The notes under the pieces were generated by a model. That model did not search any database. It was given only the letters and a program-made list of their open reading frames with translations, and was not told the origin of the DNA. A stretch of 64,000 nucleotides of DNA, from NCBI GenBank assembly GCA_963734495.1, contig CAVTHK010000001.1:224001-288000 (forward strand). The letters are read 5' to 3'. The first letter of the stretch is position 1. Every line of letters starts with the position of its first letter. A program made the position numbers and the translations under genes. The stretch comes from an uncultured Spirochaetota bacterium. GTDB taxonomy: Bacteria; Spirochaetota; Spirochaetia; SZUA-6; CAVTHK01. Positions 20,564 to 31,342 of this stretch are shown here, one piece after another.

Positions 20564-21475
20564 ATGCCCGCAGAGAAAAGAGGCCATATCCGCACGGGGG
20601 CGCTGACGCGCAATCAGCTCGGCTACCTCCTGGTGTCGCCCGCCCTGCTGATGATCGCGTTCGTCTCGGTGTACCCCTTCTTCACGACGTTCTGGTACAG
20701 CCTGCACTCGATGAGGCTCAACGTGCCGGCCGCGGGCCAGCCCTTCGTGGGGCTGCAGAACTTCGGGCTCATCTTCGGCCTGGAGCGTTTTCGCAACTCG
20801 CTGAACCTGACGTTCCTGTTCGCGGCCGCCTTTGTCACCTTCGAGATCGTCTTCGGCCTGTTCATCGCCCAGGTGCTCAACTTGAGCTTCGCGGGCCGGG
20901 CGCTGGTGCGCGCCTCGATCCTGATCCCCTGGGCCATGGCCACCGTCATCACGGCGATCCTGTGGCAGTGGATGTACAACGCCGTCTTCGGGGTGGTGAA
21001 CGCGATCTTCCTCGGCCTCGGGATCTCGAAGTCGCCGGTGGATTTCCTCGGCGGCAGCGGGCTGTCAGCGTTCTTCAGCGTCTTCGCCGTGGACGTGTGG
21101 CGCGAGACCCCGTTCGTCGCCATCGTGCTGCTCGCCGGCCTGCAGGGCATCGCTACCGAGCTCTACGAGGCCGCAAAGATAGACGGCGCCGGCCGCATGG
21201 CGTGCTTCTGGAACATCACGCTCCCGCAGCTCAAGCACGCGATGCTCGTCGCCCTGCTCTTCCGGTCGATCAACGCGCTGCGGGCCTTCGACCTGCTCTT
21301 CGTGCTCACGCAGGGCGGGCCCGGCACGTCGACCGAGATCGCGTCGCTGTTCTCATACCGCATCCTGTTCCAGTACCTGGACTTCGGCCGCGGGTCGGCG
21401 GCGAGCGTGGTGCTCGCGTTCTTCACGACCGCCTTGAGCCTGATCTACATCAACGTGATCCAGGTCAAGGATTGA
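20564..21475 (+). CDS. Carbohydrate ABC transporter permease (MalF-like)
   Basis: EAA motif LYEAAKIDGA, six TMs, LTQGGPG. Confidence 0.93.
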   Translation: MPAEKRGHIRTGALTRNQLGYLLVSPALLMIAFVSVYPFFTTFWYSLHSMRLNVPAAGQPFVGLQNFGLIFGLERFRNSLNLTFLFAAAFVTFEIVFGLFIAQVLNLSFAGRALVRASILIPWAMATVITAILWQWMYNAVFGVVNAIFLGLGISKSPVDFLGGSGLSAFFSVFAVDVWRETPFVAIVLLAGLQGIATELYEAAKIDGAGRMACFWNITLPQLKHAMLVALLFRSINALRAFDLLFVLTQGGPGTSTEIASLFSYRILFQYLDFGRGSAASVVLAFFTTALSLIYINVIQVKD

Positions 21476-21487
21476 GGGGGTGATGCG

Positions 21488-22345
21488 ATGACGACCACTG
21501 CGAGCACCTGGATCCGGAGAAAGGTCACCCCGTTCAACGCCCTCATCGTGCTCTTCACCGTCTGCTTCGTGACGTTCTTCCTGTTCCCGTTCTACTGGCA
21601 GGTGACCACCTCGATCCGGACGGCGGAGAACCTTACGAAGATTCCGCCGCAGCTCTTTCCGAATCCGATCTACTTCGGCAGGTACGTCTGGATCTTCGCG
21701 GAGACGCAGTTCCCGCTGAACGTCCGCAACAGCCTGATCATCTCGTCGGTCACGACGCTGACCTGCCTGACGTTCTCGATCCTCTCGTCCTACGCGATCG
21801 CGCGCCTGCAGATCCCCGGCCACAAGGCGATCCTGATCGCGGTCCTGGTGATCTCGATGTTCCCGGGCGTCTCGATCGTCGGCCCGCTGTACCTCACGTT
21901 CAAGAACGTCGGGCTGATCAACACGCGCCTGTGTCTCGTGATCGCCTACACGGCGGTTTTCCTCCCGTTCACGATGTGGTTCCTCTCGAGCTTCTTCCGC
22001 ACGGTGCCGCCGGACCTCGAGGAGGCGGCCACCATCGACGGCTGCACGCCGCTGCAGTCGCTGTTCCGCATCATGATCCCGCTTTCGGCCCCCGCGGTCT
22101 TCACCATCGCGATGCTGATCTTCATCTTCTCGTGGAACGAGTTCCTGTTCTCGTTCACGTTCACGAGCTCCGACGAGGTGCGCACCTATCCCGTGGGTCT
22201 GGTCATGTTCCGCGGACTGTGGAACGTCCCCTGGGGGGACCTGTGCGCAGGCTCGTCAGTGGTCGCCCTGCCGATCGTCGCGCTCGTGTTGATCGCGCAG
22301 CGATTCGTGATCCAGGGCCTGACAGCGGGCGCCGTCAAGGGATAA
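21488..22345 (+). CDS. Carbohydrate ABC transporter permease (MalG-like)
   Basis: LEEAATIDGC, FSWNEF, GLTAGAVKG. Confidence 0.93.
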   Translation: MTTTASTWIRRKVTPFNALIVLFTVCFVTFFLFPFYWQVTTSIRTAENLTKIPPQLFPNPIYFGRYVWIFAETQFPLNVRNSLIISSVTTLTCLTFSILSSYAIARLQIPGHKAILIAVLVISMFPGVSIVGPLYLTFKNVGLINTRLCLVIAYTAVFLPFTMWFLSSFFRTVPPDLEEAATIDGCTPLQSLFRIMIPLSAPAVFTIAMLIFIFSWNEFLFSFTFTSSDEVRTYPVGLVMFRGLWNVPWGDLCAGSSVVALPIVALVLIAQRFVIQGLTAGAVKG

Positions 22346-22383
22346 CAAAGAGTCAATAATGGAAGAAGGCCGCCGCGGCCCGC

Positions 22384-22887
22384 TCAGCCGCCGGCCGCCG
22401 GCGCCGCTTTTCTGGCGTACTGCACTTCCCCGAAGCGCGAGCCGTAGCGCTCGCTCTCCCGCCGCTCCCCCGTGGGCGAGAAGCCGCCGCGCTCGTAGAA
22501 GCCGCGCGCCCGCGCGTTGTCGCGCATCACCCAGAGGACGACACGCGCCGCTCCGGCCGCGGCCAGCCGCCCGAGCGCCTCGCCCATCAGGAGCCGCCCC
22601 ATGCCCTCGTGCCAGCGCGACGGGTCCACGTACAGGCCGATGATCTCGGGCTCGGGCTCCACGCGAAAGGCCACGAAGCCGGAGGGCTGCGCGCCCTCAG
22701 GGCAGGCGACGAGCGTCGTGCGCTTCGGGTCGCGCAGCAGCCCGCTCCAGATGCGCTCGAACTCGCTCACGCTGAGCGCGGCAAGGACCTGCTGCGGCAG
22801 GATCCCCTGGTAGGCCAGGCGCCACGCGGCCACGTGCAGCCGCGCCAGCGCAGGGATGTCCGCGGCGGCGGCCCTCACAGAAACCAC
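22384..22887 (-). CDS. GNAT-family N-acetyltransferase
   Basis: LYVDPSRWHEGMGRLL acetyl-CoA motif, LWVMRDNARARGFYERGGF. Confidence 0.9.
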   Translation of the reverse strand: MVSVRAAAADIPALARLHVAAWRLAYQGILPQQVLAALSVSEFERIWSGLLRDPKRTTLVACPEGAQPSGFVAFRVEPEPEIIGLYVDPSRWHEGMGRLLMGEALGRLAAAGAARVVLWVMRDNARARGFYERGGFSPTGERRESERYGSRFGEVQYARKAAPAAGG

Positions 22888-22964
22888 GGGTCAACCCTCG
22901 TTCGCGGCCGTGGACAGCTCGCGATCACGCTCACCATGACGAAGCGCTCACCTCCGGCGTGTCG

Positions 22965-24985
22965 TCACTTCAAGAACCACTGCTCGGCCACGTGCGGCTC
23001 GAAAAAGCCGTAGGCGACGCTCCACACGGCGCCGTCGCCGGGTGTATTGCGAAGGTTGCTCTTCATGATGACCGGCCGCGGCACGAGCCCGACCGTTCCG
23101 ATGTAGTACAGACCCTCTCCGTGGATCTTGAGGATTTCCTTGCCCAGCTCCTTGTAGCGCGGGGACCCGCGCTGCGTCGTCTGCCACTCGTCTACGGCGT
23201 CGAACAGCCGCTTGATGGTCGCCGGCGGCTCTTCGCCGCTCTTGCCCTCGTGTTGTACCAGTTCTCCCAGGGCGTGCCGATGCGCAGCACGCCCCAGGCC
23301 GGCCTGTGCAGCGGAGCGCCCGATATGTACATCTGCAGCTCGCCCCCGTTGCCGCCGAACTGGAAGGACGAAGCGTCGAACTCGTTGGCGTTCCCCCTCT
23401 GGTTGTACAGGTTTCGCTGCTCCTCCTTGATCGCGGCCTGCACGCCGACCTTGCCCCAGTACTCCCGGATGAGCTCGAGGATCGGTTTTTCGGGGGCCGC
23501 CTCCGCGGGTGTGTACTCGATCGTGAGCGAAAACGGCTGGCCGTCGGACCGCAGGCGAACCTTGTGCGCCTGGTCCCACTTGAGCCCGATCTCGTCGAGC
23601 AGCTTGTTCGCGCGGTCCGCGTCGTATTCGACAAAGTACTTGCCCATCCAATCCTCGTAGAACGACGTGTCGGGGGTGGTCGTGGCCTGGCGGGGGGTCC
23701 CGCGTCCGTAGAAGAAGACCTTGTTGATCTCGTCCCGGTTGATGGCGAGCGACATGGCCTGCCGGAAGCGGACGTCGGCAAAGATCGCGCGCAGCACGGG
23801 GTCTTTGTGCGTCACGTTGAACCCGAGCCCCAGGTTCGACCCGAGGGAGTTCTGCCACAGAGTCACCCGGTAGTCGCCCTTCTTCTCGTTCTCCTTGTAG
23901 AGCGGGTAATCCTTGAGGTACAGGACAAAGGTGGTGTAGGTCAGCTCACCGGCGATGGCCTTGAGGTTGATCATCTCGGGCGTGGAATAGAACCTCACGA
24001 CCTGTCTGTCGGCGTAGGGGAGCTGGTTGCCCGCCGTGTCCACCTTCCAGAAGTACGGGTTCCGCTCGAAGACCTTTTCCTCCGTGGTGATCTTTGTCAC
24101 GACCCAGCTGTCGAGCCCCGGCAGGTTCGGATCGAGGCGGTTCTCGGGGTTCCCGGACCAGCTCGCAAAGTGGAAGGCAAACGCCTTCCACCAGCCGTCG
24201 AACCCTTCCTGCTTTGCGACCTGCTCGGCTTGCGTGTTGTAGTCCGCATGCCACTTTTTCAGATAGTGCGCGGGCGCAAATGGCGTGTCCTGCAGCGCGA
24301 GCCGCGCGATGATCGGCGGGTAGGGCGCTGCGAACTGCATGCGCACCGTCGTGTCGTCGAGCTTCTCCACCTTCGCCATCTGGCCGCCGGGAGACCACGT
24401 TCGCGGCTTAACCGGCGTGATCTTCTCGTTCAACACGATGTCCTTGTACCAGAACATGATGTCGTCGGCCGTGAACGGCGCCCCGTCGCTCCACTTCATG
24501 CCTTCGCGGAGCTGGATCGTCAGGGTCTTGCCGTCATCGGACATCGTCCAGCCTTTCGCGATGTTAGGCGCCACCGTCGCGAGATCGGGGGCGAGCTTGA
24601 ACAGGCGCTGGATGCGCACCGGGTAGGCGTCCCAGCCCTGGTCCGGGCCGAGGCTGTCGACGATCAGGTCGCCGCCGTACTTGCCGATCTCCTCCAGAGG
24701 CGACACGACCACCGGCTCGGCCGGCATGCGCTTCTCGACCGCCGGGAGCTTGCCCGCGGAGACCAGCGCCTTGAGCGCCGGCGCTTCGCCGTAGCTGCGG
24801 ATCTTCCTGCCCGTTGCCTTTTCGTAGTCCGCGGGCGTGTTGTAGACCTGCAGCTTGCCGCCGCCTGCGGCTGCCGCCGCCGCCCCGCCCGCCGCGCCGG
24901 TCTCCTTTGTGCCGACCGCAAAGACGCCGATGCAGACGAAAGCGAGCGCTGCAGCGCAAAGGACGACTCGTGTGGTTCTCTTCAC
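22965..24985 (-). CDS. ABC substrate-binding protein, family 5 (Opp/Dpp-like, oligosaccharide type); frameshift ~23250
   Basis: EAPAL..LPAVEKRMP, LREGMKWSDGAPFTADD, RNPYFWKVDTAGNQLPY, RFRQAMSLAINR; C-terminus ..EQWFLK lies in a second frame. Confidence 0.9.
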
Positions 24986-25037
24986 CTTGGCCTCCTATGA
25001 TCAGAACCCCGATCCATGCCGCCTGACTCCGTGCGCT

Positions 25038-26360
25038 TCAAGTCTCCGGCTCGTACGAGGAGCTGACCTCCGCGTGGAGCCGCTTCTCCCGCTCCGTGGG
25101 TCGAGAGAACATCTGATCGTCCCTGATGCGGGAATGGAGCATGCGCTCGAACAGCTCGCGTCGCATCTCCCGATGCTCGGGCCCGCCGAACAGGTTGTCC
25201 AGCTCCATCGGATCCCGATCCAGGTCGTACATCTCGCCGTCGCCGTCTATCGGATTGTACCAGAGTTTCTGCCCGGCGGTGCGGATCATCATCCCGCGGG
25301 TATTGGTGCAGGTGACGTACTCCCGCGCGGTCCCTGTGCCGCGCATCGCGGGCAGGAGCGAGATGCCGGGCAGGGAAACGTCCGGCCGCACTCCCAGGAT
25401 GTCGAGGATCGTCGGCATCACGTCCACTCCCGAAGCGAAGCCCGGCACGCGTTCGCCGGCGCGATAGAGATCCGGAAAGCGGATCAGGAACGGGATCCGG
25501 ATCTCACTCTCGTAAAAGGTAGCCGCCTTGTTGAAAAGGCCGTGCTCGCCCAGAAGGTCGCCGTGGTCGGAGCAGTAAACGATCAGCGTGTCGTCAAGGA
25601 GCTGCAGGCTCTCGAGCCTCTCCATGACGCGCCCGACGCAGTCATCGACCATCTTCATCAGGCAGTGGTGACCAGCGATGCCGGTCAGCGTCCGTTGCTG
25701 GTCAATGCTGCCGCCAAAGAGATTCCTGAAGTGCTCGACGCGTGCGCGGTAGGCGCTCGACTTGGTCCGGTACTCGTCCTCGCGGCGGGCAGCCGGCAGC
25801 GGCGCGTCCTCCGGGCGGACAAAACCCATGTAGCGGCGCGGCATCACGTAGGGCTCGTGCGGGGCGTGGAGACCGAGGAACAACGCGAACGGGCCGCCTT
25901 TGAGCCGTTCCAGCGCGCCGCACGCCCTCTCGGTGGCGTGGATGTCGAAGTAGGTGCTCTCGGGCTCGGGGCTCTCCACGATCTCGAAGTGGTTCCACCC
26001 GTCGCGCCCGCCGAAAGTCTCGCGCACAGGCACCTGTATGTGGAAGCTGCCGGCGTGGCACATGTGCGTCTTGCCCACGGACACGCACCGGTAACCCTGG
26101 TCGCGCAGCAGGCCCATCCAGGTCGTGTCCTCGGCCGTGTTGAACTTCATGTTGCCCCAGCCGCGCGACATCCACTCCTGCCTGCCGGTGAGCATCGTCT
26201 GGCGCGAAGGAACGCACGGGATCGCCGAGGCGTAGAAGCGGTCGAACGAAAGCGACTCGCCGCGCAGCCGCTCCAGCACGGGGTAGTCGGCGCACGGGTG
26301 GCGGCCCGGGCCGATCGAGTCGGCCCTCTGCTGGTCCGACATGATGAACACGACGTTCAC
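25038..26360 (-). CDS. Sulfatase (Cys-type S1 family, no signal peptide)
   Basis: NVVFIMSDQQR, CVPSR, GKTH, SDHGD, YDLDRDPME. Confidence 0.9.
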   Translation of the reverse strand: MNVVFIMSDQQRADSIGPGRHPCADYPVLERLRGESLSFDRFYASAIPCVPSRQTMLTGRQEWMSRGWGNMKFNTAEDTTWMGLLRDQGYRCVSVGKTHMCHAGSFHIQVPVRETFGGRDGWNHFEIVESPEPESTYFDIHATERACGALERLKGGPFALFLGLHAPHEPYVMPRRYMGFVRPEDAPLPAARREDEYRTKSSAYRARVEHFRNLFGGSIDQQRTLTGIAGHHCLMKMVDDCVGRVMERLESLQLLDDTLIVYCSDHGDLLGEHGLFNKAATFYESEIRIPFLIRFPDLYRAGERVPGFASGVDVMPTILDILGVRPDVSLPGISLLPAMRGTGTAREYVTCTNTRGMMIRTAGQKLWYNPIDGDGEMYDLDRDPMELDNLFGGPEHREMRRELFERMLHSRIRDDQMFSRPTEREKRLHAEVSSSYEPET

Positions 26361-26422
26361 GGCTTCCTCCCGCTCTCAGGCCTCGGCCCTGTTCCACAAC
26401 CGGCCGTCTTCACCACCCTCGG

Positions 26423-27295
26423 TCACCGCGCGCTTATGCTCCGAAGCTCGCTGCCCAGCCGCGTAAAGTACTTCTGGAACACCAGGTAGAGAGCGACCGG
26501 TGGAAGGATGTAAAGCACCGAGTTCGACATCATCAGGTGCAGGGCAAGGGTGGGCTCCTCGCGCTGCAGGTTCAGGAACGCCAGGCCGACGGGCACCGTC
26601 CGCATGTAGGCGCTGTTGAGGAACAGCACGGCCCGCATGAGCTCGCCCCAGTGGCCCATGAATGCGTAGATCGCCACGGTGGTGAGGACCGGCCGCGAAA
26701 GCGGCAGCAGGATGCTCCAGAAGATCCGGTACCAGCCGCACGCATCCATCTTGGCCGCTTCATCGAGCTCACGCGGAATGGTCATGAAGAACTGCCGCAT
26801 GAGGAAGATGTGGAACGCCGGCGCCGCCAGGATCGCCGGTACGGTCATGACGGTGTAGGTGTCGATCCACCGCAGGGCGCGGAACAGTACGAAGCTCGGA
26901 ATCATGATCGCGGCGAAGGGCAGCATCATGGTCGAGAGAACCAGTGCGAACAACACCTTCTTCCCCGGAAACTGCAGCCTGGCAAAGGCAAACCCGGCCA
27001 TCGCGGAGACGGCGGTCTCCCCGACCACGTTCGTGATCGTGATGACGGCCGAGTTGAGGAAGTACCGGCTGAAGCCCATGATCGTCAGGCCGTCGATGTA
27101 GTTGCGCCACTGCGGCACCCGGGGCAGCCAGCTGAACTGGTAGACCTCGGTGAGCTTCTTCAGGCTCGCGGACAGCATCCAGAAGAGGGGCACGAGCACC
27201 CCCAGTGCCACGGCCGAAAGGACGACGTAGACAAGCAGGTCGGCGAGTCGGAGGCGGCCTCGCAGCGGCATGGACCGCGGAACCGGCGCGCTCAC
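26423..27295 (-). CDS. Carbohydrate ABC transporter permease (MalG-like)
   Basis: MRQFFMTIPRELDEAAKMDAC EAA motif. Confidence 0.92.
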   Translation of the reverse strand: MSAPVPRSMPLRGRLRLADLLVYVVLSAVALGVLVPLFWMLSASLKKLTEVYQFSWLPRVPQWRNYIDGLTIMGFSRYFLNSAVITITNVVGETAVSAMAGFAFARLQFPGKKVLFALVLSTMMLPFAAIMIPSFVLFRALRWIDTYTVMTVPAILAAPAFHIFLMRQFFMTIPRELDEAAKMDACGWYRIFWSILLPLSRPVLTTVAIYAFMGHWGELMRAVLFLNSAYMRTVPVGLAFLNLQREEPTLALHLMMSNSVLYILPPVALYLVFQKYFTRLGSELRSISAR

Positions 27296-28176
27296 CGGGC
27301 GCCTCCGTAGTAGACCCAGGATTCCGAAGAGCGAAACGTCAGCATGGTCATGGCGCCGATCAGCAGGAACAAAATCACCGAGAGAGCGGCGCCATACCCC
27401 AACTCGAAGTACTGGAACGCAACCCGGTAGATGTTGAAGACGTAGAACAGGGTCGCTTCATTCGGGCCGCCCTGGGTCATCACGTAGACCGGCGCGAAGT
27501 ACTGGAAGTTGCCTATGATCCCGACGATCAGATTGTAGAGAATGATCGGCGAGAGCAGGGGCAGCGTGACGCTGAGGAACACGCGCGCGGCGCCGGCGCC
27601 GTCGAGCCGCGCCGCCTCGTGCAGCTCGTCCGGTATCGTCTCCAGCCCCACCAGGTAGAGGATCATCGCGGCGCCCGACTGCCACACGAACATCAGCATC
27701 AGCCCTACGAGCGCCCACTCCTCGCTGTAGAGCCACATCGGCCCCTTGATCCCGAAGACCGCCAGCAGCCGGTTGATCAGCCCCGCCCGAGGATTGAGCA
27801 CGAACGTGAACAAGAGCGCCATGGCCACGCCCGGGATCACGGCGGGCACGTAGAAGACCGTGGAAAAGAAAGCGCGCAATCGCCTGGCGCTCCTGAGAAG
27901 CAGCGCGAGGGAGAGGGCTACGGCCATCCTGACCGGGAGCGCGGCAAAGACAAACGTCGCGGTTACGCGCAGCGACTGCCAGAAGGCCGGATCCCCCAGG
28001 GCCTTGGTGTAGTTGGCCGCGCCCCGGTAAGAGAAGGCGCCGATCCCGCGCCACTCGAAGAAGCTGAAGCTCATCGCGCCGAGCATGGGCCCGAGCAGGA
28101 ACACGACGAACCCGACGATCCAGGGCGCGAGAAAGACATATGCGGCGATGGCCTCGCCGCGACGCTCGGCTCTCAT
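27292..28176 (-). CDS. Carbohydrate ABC transporter permease (MalF-like)
   Basis: LHEAARLDGA, MTQGGP, GYGAA. Confidence 0.92.
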   Translation of the reverse strand: MRAERRGEAIAAYVFLAPWIVGFVVFLLGPMLGAMSFSFFEWRGIGAFSYRGAANYTKALGDPAFWQSLRVTATFVFAALPVRMAVALSLALLLRSARRLRAFFSTVFYVPAVIPGVAMALLFTFVLNPRAGLINRLLAVFGIKGPMWLYSEEWALVGLMLMFVWQSGAAMILYLVGLETIPDELHEAARLDGAGAARVFLSVTLPLLSPIILYNLIVGIIGNFQYFAPVYVMTQGGPNEATLFYVFNIYRVAFQYFELGYGAALSVILFLLIGAMTMLTFRSSESWVYYGGAR

Positions 28177-28201
28177 TCGCTGACTCCGGCGGTCGAAACG
28201 A

Positions 28202-28225
28202 CGGGACGCCGCGACGGGCGTCCCG
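28202..28225 (-). other. Stem-loop between SBP and permease
   Basis: CGGGACGCC-gcgacg-GGCGTCCCG, perfect 9-bp stem. Confidence 0.5.
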
Positions 28226-28237
28226 CCGGGACCTCAT

Positions 28238-29530
28238 CTACTTCGCGTCCAGGAGCGGCTGAATCTCCGCCTTGAGCTGCTGCATCATGTCCGCGGCGCT
28301 CAGCTTGTTCTGCCAGAACAGGCTGAATTTCTTGCCCCACGCCGTGTTGATCTTGTTGCCGTTTGGCAGCGACGGCTCGACCACGACTGCCTTCTCGAGA
28401 ACTTTGACACGAGCCGCGTTGTTGGCGGGAGCGCCCTTGGGACCCTTCATGAAGGCCTCCGAGTAGGCGATCTTCTTGAGCGGGGGGTTGTTGAAGCCCG
28501 AGGAAACGCTGAAGTACCCCTGCCCGACCGGGCCGTTGATCATGTTCACGAAGGCCAACGAGTGGTTGAGGGCCTTGGTCGTCTTCAGGATCGCGAGCTT
28601 GCCTCCGTAGATGTCGGACCAGCTCCCGTTCGGGCCGCCGGGCAGCATCTGGATATCCCATGGGAATTCGGCGGTGTAGAGAGGCGGGAATTCGAACGTC
28701 GGCAGGATGTACATCGCCGCGACCTGCGTCGTGAAAGGCCCGCCCGACGGCCCGCCGAACGCCTGTTCCTCGGCTGGGGTCGGGTGCACTTTGTACTTGT
28801 AGATCAGATCCTGCCCGAACTGGAACGCCTTGACGACCCGCGGATCATCACCCGTGAACTTCATGGCCTTCAGGTCGTAGATGTCGGCTCCGAACGCCTT
28901 GGCAATCGGCCCGAGCACGTTGCGGCCGCGGTACGGGAAACCCGTTATGCCCCAGCGGTCCTTCTGCTGGCTCAGCTTCTGCGCGGCCGTGAGAAAGTCG
29001 CCTTCCCAGGTCCACTTCTCGGTCGGATACGCGACGCCTGCCTGGTCGAAGAGCTTCTTGTTGTACGCGAGGACGTCGCTTCCCGTACCCAGCGGCGCCT
29101 GATAGATCTCATCGCCCTTCTTGTAGGCGCCTTCGAGGGCAAGCATGTCCCACCAGCCCTCCCACAGCCCGTCCTTCGGATCGTAGTAGCCGAGATCGGC
29201 CATCCGCTTGCTCAACGGCACAAGCTGATCCTTGAGCGGGGTGGCGAGGTCGGGGTTGATGTTGATCACGTCGGGCGGCGTGCCGCCCGCGATCATTGCG
29301 AGGACCTTGCTGGCGTAGTCGCCGGGGATCGAGATCAGCTCGATCTTGACGTTGGCGTTCTCCTTCATGTAGTCGCGGGCGGTGTCCTCAAAGGCCTTCG
29401 CCTTGACGCCCCCGCCCCAGAAGGTGGTCACGAGCCTGACCGGGCCCTCCGTGCCCTTGGACTCCGTGTCACCGCCCGCGAACACCCACACGGCAGCCAG
29501 GACCAGAAATGCAGCGATCGCTGTCTTCAC
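28238..29530 (-). CDS. Carbohydrate ABC transporter substrate-binding protein (family 1)
   Basis: GTG after GAAGGAGG; signal peptide VFA|GG; AGGTPPDV, YNKKLFDQAGVAYP, WTWE. Confidence 0.9.
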   Translation of the reverse strand: MKTAIAAFLVLAAVWVFAGGDTESKGTEGPVRLVTTFWGGGVKAKAFEDTARDYMKENANVKIELISIPGDYASKVLAMIAGGTPPDVININPDLATPLKDQLVPLSKRMADLGYYDPKDGLWEGWWDMLALEGAYKKGDEIYQAPLGTGSDVLAYNKKLFDQAGVAYPTEKWTWEGDFLTAAQKLSQQKDRWGITGFPYRGRNVLGPIAKAFGADIYDLKAMKFTGDDPRVVKAFQFGQDLIYKYKVHPTPAEEQAFGGPSGGPFTTQVAAMYILPTFEFPPLYTAEFPWDIQMLPGGPNGSWSDIYGGKLAILKTTKALNHSLAFVNMINGPVGQGYFSVSSGFNNPPLKKIAYSEAFMKGPKGAPANNAARVKVLEKAVVVEPSLPNGNKINTAWGKKFSLFWQNKLSAADMMQQLKAEIQPLLDAK

Positions 29531-29561
29531 GGATCCCTCCTTCACACAAGCGGACGCAGAC

Positions 29562-29695
29562 AGGATAGCTCAGGCCCTCGCGAAGTCAAGGGAGCCGCCC
29601 CCGCGAGCACGCGCCTGCAGCGGGTCCTCGAAGGGCGCCGAAAGCGGCGCGCCGCAGCGTCTGAGCTTGCCGCCGTCGGCGGGCGGTGCTATCCT
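29562..29695. promoter_or_regulatory. Divergent sigma70-like promoters (SBP operon on -, sulfatase on +)
   Basis: Minus: TTGACT-N16-TATCCT (29589..29562). Plus: TTGCCG-N17-TATCCT with an extended TG (29667..29695). Confidence 0.55.
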
Positions 29696-29704
29696 CGAAA
29701 CCCC

Positions 29705-31195
29705 ATGAAACAACCTCACATCCTGTTCGTGTTCGCAGACCAGCTGCGCTACGACGCCCTGGCGTGCAACGGAAATACCGTCGTCCGCACGCCGAATATC
29801 GACCGGCTCGCGCGCGAGGGCGTCGTGTTCGACCAGGCCTATTCCTCATGCCCGATCTGCTCGCCGTACAGGGCGCAGGTGCTCACGGGCAACTACTCGC
29901 ACGTCAACGGCGTCATGTGCAACGAGTACCGGCTGTTCGACAACCAGAGGACGCTCGCTCACAGGATGAAGGAGCTCGGCTATCGCACCGCGTACGTGGG
30001 CAAGTGGCACCTCGGTTACCCGCCTTACCCGGAGCACCGCCGCTACGGTTTCGACGACATGCTGGCCTACAACTGCATCCACAGCTACTACGAAGTCAGC
30101 TACTACCACAACGAGAAAGGGCCGATGCCCATGGTGCAGTTCGCTCCCGTGGTGGAGAGCGAGCTGGCCCTGGACTATCTCAAGCGGCACGGCAGCGGGC
30201 GTAACGCGGCGCCCGTGTGCCTGCTGCTGAGCTGGGGACCTCCCCACTGGAACGCCCTGAGGAAGCCGCGCCGATACGGAGACTATCCCCAGCAGTACAA
30301 CCTCTACCGGCCCGAGCAGATCGAGCTCTCACCGAATGTGCCGATCCAGTTCCGCGACTACAGCAGGAGGGACACGGCCGACTACTACGGAATGGTCACC
30401 GCGCTCGACGCGAGCATCGGGCGGATCGTGGAAGAGCTGGACCGCACCGGCCTGGCGGAGGACACGATCCTGTGCTTCACCTCGGACCACGGGGACCACC
30501 TCAACTCCCACGGCTACGGGACCCCGGGCGACCAGTGGATGCATCACAGCCTCCGCGGTTCCAAGGCGACGCCCTACACGGAGTCCTGCCACATCCCGTT
30601 CGTGCTCCGCTACCCCGCAAGGGTCGCAGGCAACCGGCGGACGGACACCTTCTTCAACTCCGTCGACGTGCTTCCCACGCTGATGGAGCTCGCCGGCCTG
30701 CAGGCGCCCGCGGACGTGCAGGGCCGCAGCGTCGCCCATGCGGCTCTCGGACGCGAAGGCGAGAATCCTGACTCCGTGTACCTGCAGATCCTCGGGACGG
30801 GATGGCCGGACCGCGAGAGGTGGCTTGGCCTGTGGCGGGGTCTGCGCACGCGCTCGCATATGTACGCGCGCTGGCACGATCTGGGCGGACGGCGCCTCTT
30901 GTTCGACGTCGCGAGCGATCCCGCCGAGCTGCGCAATCTCGCCGGCGACCCCCGTCATGCCGAGCTGGAGGCGCGGATGGAGACTCTCCTCCAGGAATGG
31001 ACCCGCAAGACCGGAGATCCTTTCGACAGCGGCCCGAGGCTGCCGGTCACGCAGATGCTGGACCTCGGCCAGGCTCCCATCACGCGGGATTGGCTGCCCA
31101 GGATGCCGCCGGCATACGCCGCCGCGGTCAGGGACAATCACCGCCGCTTCAAGACCGGCGAGCAGGAAGGCGAGCCAGGACCCGGGTTGAGGTAG
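29705..31195 (+). CDS. Sulfatase (Cys-type S1 family, no signal peptide)
   Basis: PHILFVFADQLR, CSPYR, GKWHLG, SDHGD, DPAELRNL. Confidence 0.92.
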   Translation: MKQPHILFVFADQLRYDALACNGNTVVRTPNIDRLAREGVVFDQAYSSCPICSPYRAQVLTGNYSHVNGVMCNEYRLFDNQRTLAHRMKELGYRTAYVGKWHLGYPPYPEHRRYGFDDMLAYNCIHSYYEVSYYHNEKGPMPMVQFAPVVESELALDYLKRHGSGRNAAPVCLLLSWGPPHWNALRKPRRYGDYPQQYNLYRPEQIELSPNVPIQFRDYSRRDTADYYGMVTALDASIGRIVEELDRTGLAEDTILCFTSDHGDHLNSHGYGTPGDQWMHHSLRGSKATPYTESCHIPFVLRYPARVAGNRRTDTFFNSVDVLPTLMELAGLQAPADVQGRSVAHAALGREGENPDSVYLQILGTGWPDRERWLGLWRGLRTRSHMYARWHDLGGRRLLFDVASDPAELRNLAGDPRHAELEARMETLLQEWTRKTGDPFDSGPRLPVTQMLDLGQAPITRDWLPRMPPAYAAAVRDNHRRFKTGEQEGEPGPGLR

Positions 31196-31279
31196 ACACA
31201 CCCGACGCGAGCGCTCAGGCCACGCCCCGCGGCTCTTGCGGACCAGGGCCCCGACAGCCACCAGAGCCCCCCTTCAACT

Positions 31280-31308
31280 TTGACGGCCGCAGCAGCCGGT
31301 GCTACGCT
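31280..31308 (+). promoter_or_regulatory. sigma70-like promoter of the SBP-sulfatase pair
   Basis: TTGACG-N17-TACGCT with an extended TG. Confidence 0.5.
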
Positions 31309-31342
31309 GGCGGCTCGCCCGAACGACCGAGGAGGTGGTGTG

